A DNA stretch of 64,000 bases, from positions 384,001 through 448,000 of the forward strand of contig CAVPSB010000013.1 in NCBI GenBank assembly GCA_963708025.1, read 5' to 3'. A program made the position numbers and the translations under genes. The stretch is from an uncultured Candidatus Rokubacteria bacterium (GTDB lineage Bacteria; Methylomirabilota; Methylomirabilia; Rokubacteriales; DASRDR01). Below, one piece after another: positions 62,643-64,000 of the stretch (position 1 is the stretch's first letter; every line of letters begins with the position of its first letter). Under the pieces are notes generated by a model. That model saw only the letters and a program-made list of their open reading frames with translations. It had not been told where the DNA came from and did no database searches.

Positions 62643-62807
62643 ATGGGGGAGCAGGTGGTCACGGTGAGGCTGAACCAGCAGCAGCTCGAGCTGGTGGACC
62701 GGACGGTCGAGCGGGGGGAGGCGCCGGACCGAGAGGCGCTCTTCCGGCGCGCCCTGCGCGAATTCGCGCAGGCGCAGACCGGGGGGCCGGCCGGGAAGGA
62801 CGGATGA
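62643..62807 (+). CDS. Small ribbon-helix-helix (CopG-like) protein
   Basis: VVTVRLNQQQLELVDRTVERGEAPDREALFRRALREF; RBS ggagga; ATGA overlap with the next gene. Confidence 0.75.
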   Translation: MGEQVVTVRLNQQQLELVDRTVERGEAPDREALFRRALREFAQAQTGGPAGKDG

Positions 62808-63730
62808 CGCGCCGGCGGGTCCTCCAGGAGCTGGTCATCGAGCCCGGCACCGGCAAGGCCCTGCCGCTCGCGCGAGGCCAGGTCCTGCGCATCGAGCAGA
62901 CCGTCGGCCGCCAGTGCGCGGACTTCAACTGCTTCAACCTCCACGACTACAAGGAGTACATGCACACCGGCCGCACCCGCCACATGCACGGGCTCCACCC
63001 CACGAAGGGCGACTTCCTCTGGTCGGCGCCGCCCCGCGAGCGGCCGATGATCGCGATCCTCTCGGACACCGTCGGCACCAACGACGCCCTCTATCCCCGC
63101 TGCAGCGCGTTCCTGTTCGAGTACCACTACGGGCTGGCCGTCCACACGAACTGCCACGACATCCAGGCCGAGGCCCAGCGGGAGTTCGGCCTGACGCCCG
63201 ACGACGTGCACGATTCCCTCAACTTCTTCATGCACACCGGCGTCGACGCGAACGGCCGGCCGTTCATCGCCGACAACCGGGCGGGCCAGGGCGACTACGT
63301 GGAGCTGCTCGCGCTCATCGACGTCCTGGCGGTGCCCAACGTGTGCGGGGCCGATGTGATGGCGACGAGCAACTTCGAGCTGAAGCCCCTGCGGCTCGTC
63401 GTCGCCGAGGCCGCCGACGAGGACTGGGCCGGGCTCTCCTCGTTGCCCCGCTACCGGAACCAGCGCACGCCGGCGGACTTCAAGATTCCGGCCATCAAGG
63501 CGGACCGGGAGCTCCGGCGCGACCCTCACTACCGCCCCGAGTTCGTGAACGTGCCGCTCCGCACCTCGGAGGTGGCCGTCCGCCTGGAGCCGGCGGAGAC
63601 CGAGATGCTCCGGCGTCTCGCGGCGACCGGCCGGTACGGCGAGACCGACGGCGAGGCCCTGCGCCACGTCTTCTTCAGCTGGTGGATCGGGAAGTTCATG
63701 CATGGACCGAAGCACTTCCGGTCGAGCTAG
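62804..63730 (+). CDS. DUF1989 (urea carboxylase-associated family) protein with a C-terminal extension
   Basis: GQVLRIEQ..GRQCADF, RCS, NCHD, LNFFM, GDYVELLA..D. Confidence 0.88.
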   Translation: MTRRRVLQELVIEPGTGKALPLARGQVLRIEQTVGRQCADFNCFNLHDYKEYMHTGRTRHMHGLHPTKGDFLWSAPPRERPMIAILSDTVGTNDALYPRCSAFLFEYHYGLAVHTNCHDIQAEAQREFGLTPDDVHDSLNFFMHTGVDANGRPFIADNRAGQGDYVELLALIDVLAVPNVCGADVMATSNFELKPLRLVVAEAADEDWAGLSSLPRYRNQRTPADFKIPAIKADRELRRDPHYRPEFVNVPLRTSEVAVRLEPAETEMLRRLAATGRYGETDGEALRHVFFSWWIGKFMHGPKHFRSS

Positions 63731-63856
63731 CGGGCGGGGCCGATGAGCGTCGCATCGCGTCGTCCTCGGTCGTCGCCGATCCTCGGCGTACTCGGAGTAC
63801 GCCTGCGGTCGGCGACTCCCTGCGTCCTAGCGCTGCTCGCTCCTCGGCCCCGCCCG
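63731..63856. repeat. MITE-like hairpin repeat (family C), copy 2
   Basis: Near-identical to 32445-32588; 13-nt terminal inverted repeat cgggcggggccga/tcggccccgcccg. Confidence 0.9.
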
Positions 63857-63914
63857 AAAGAACTTGACTCATCTGTGCCATGGACTCTGGGTCTTGAAGA
63901 AACGAGGGAAATCC

Positions 63915-64000
63915 ATGAAGGCTGAAGAGGACATCGCGCGGCCGCTGTCCCGGTACGCGCCCTACCGCCGGGCGGGAGACATCGTCTACTTCTCCGGAAT
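63915..64000 (+). CDS. RidA/YjgF family protein, N-terminus (partial)
   Basis: MKAEEDIARPLSRYAPYRRAGDIVYFSG. Confidence 0.75.
   Translation, partial: MKAEEDIARPLSRYAPYRRAGDIVYFSG

Overview
Very GC-rich bacterial window. The gene repertoire (ABC_sub_bind protein, zinc-ribbon/cyclase/AAA/TPR protein, many solute-binding proteins) resembles Candidatus Rokubacteria/Methylomirabilota; this is inference only. Most of it is transport and catabolic genes: solute-binding proteins, a TctABC set, two sugar ABC operons, amidohydrolases and oxidoreductases. Many genes carry single-base frameshifts that look like long-read assembly errors. Highlight 1: a complete IS110 bridge-recombinase element (300-1467) sits at a CT core inside a palindromic REP-like repeat. 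Its bridge RNA guides can be read directly, a TTGACA-17-TATATT promoter forms only on circularisation, and an empty, perfectly matching target copy lies at 55276-55394. Highlight 2: an integrase-less integron cassette array (two complete attC sites and one truncated) carries an intact Mrr restriction cassette between two truncated cassettes. Also present: several intergenic repeat families sharing a C(UUCG)G hairpin module, some apparently supplying ribosome-binding sites; enzymes with altered catalytic motifs; and a Tat-exported protein with three PCLR motifs.
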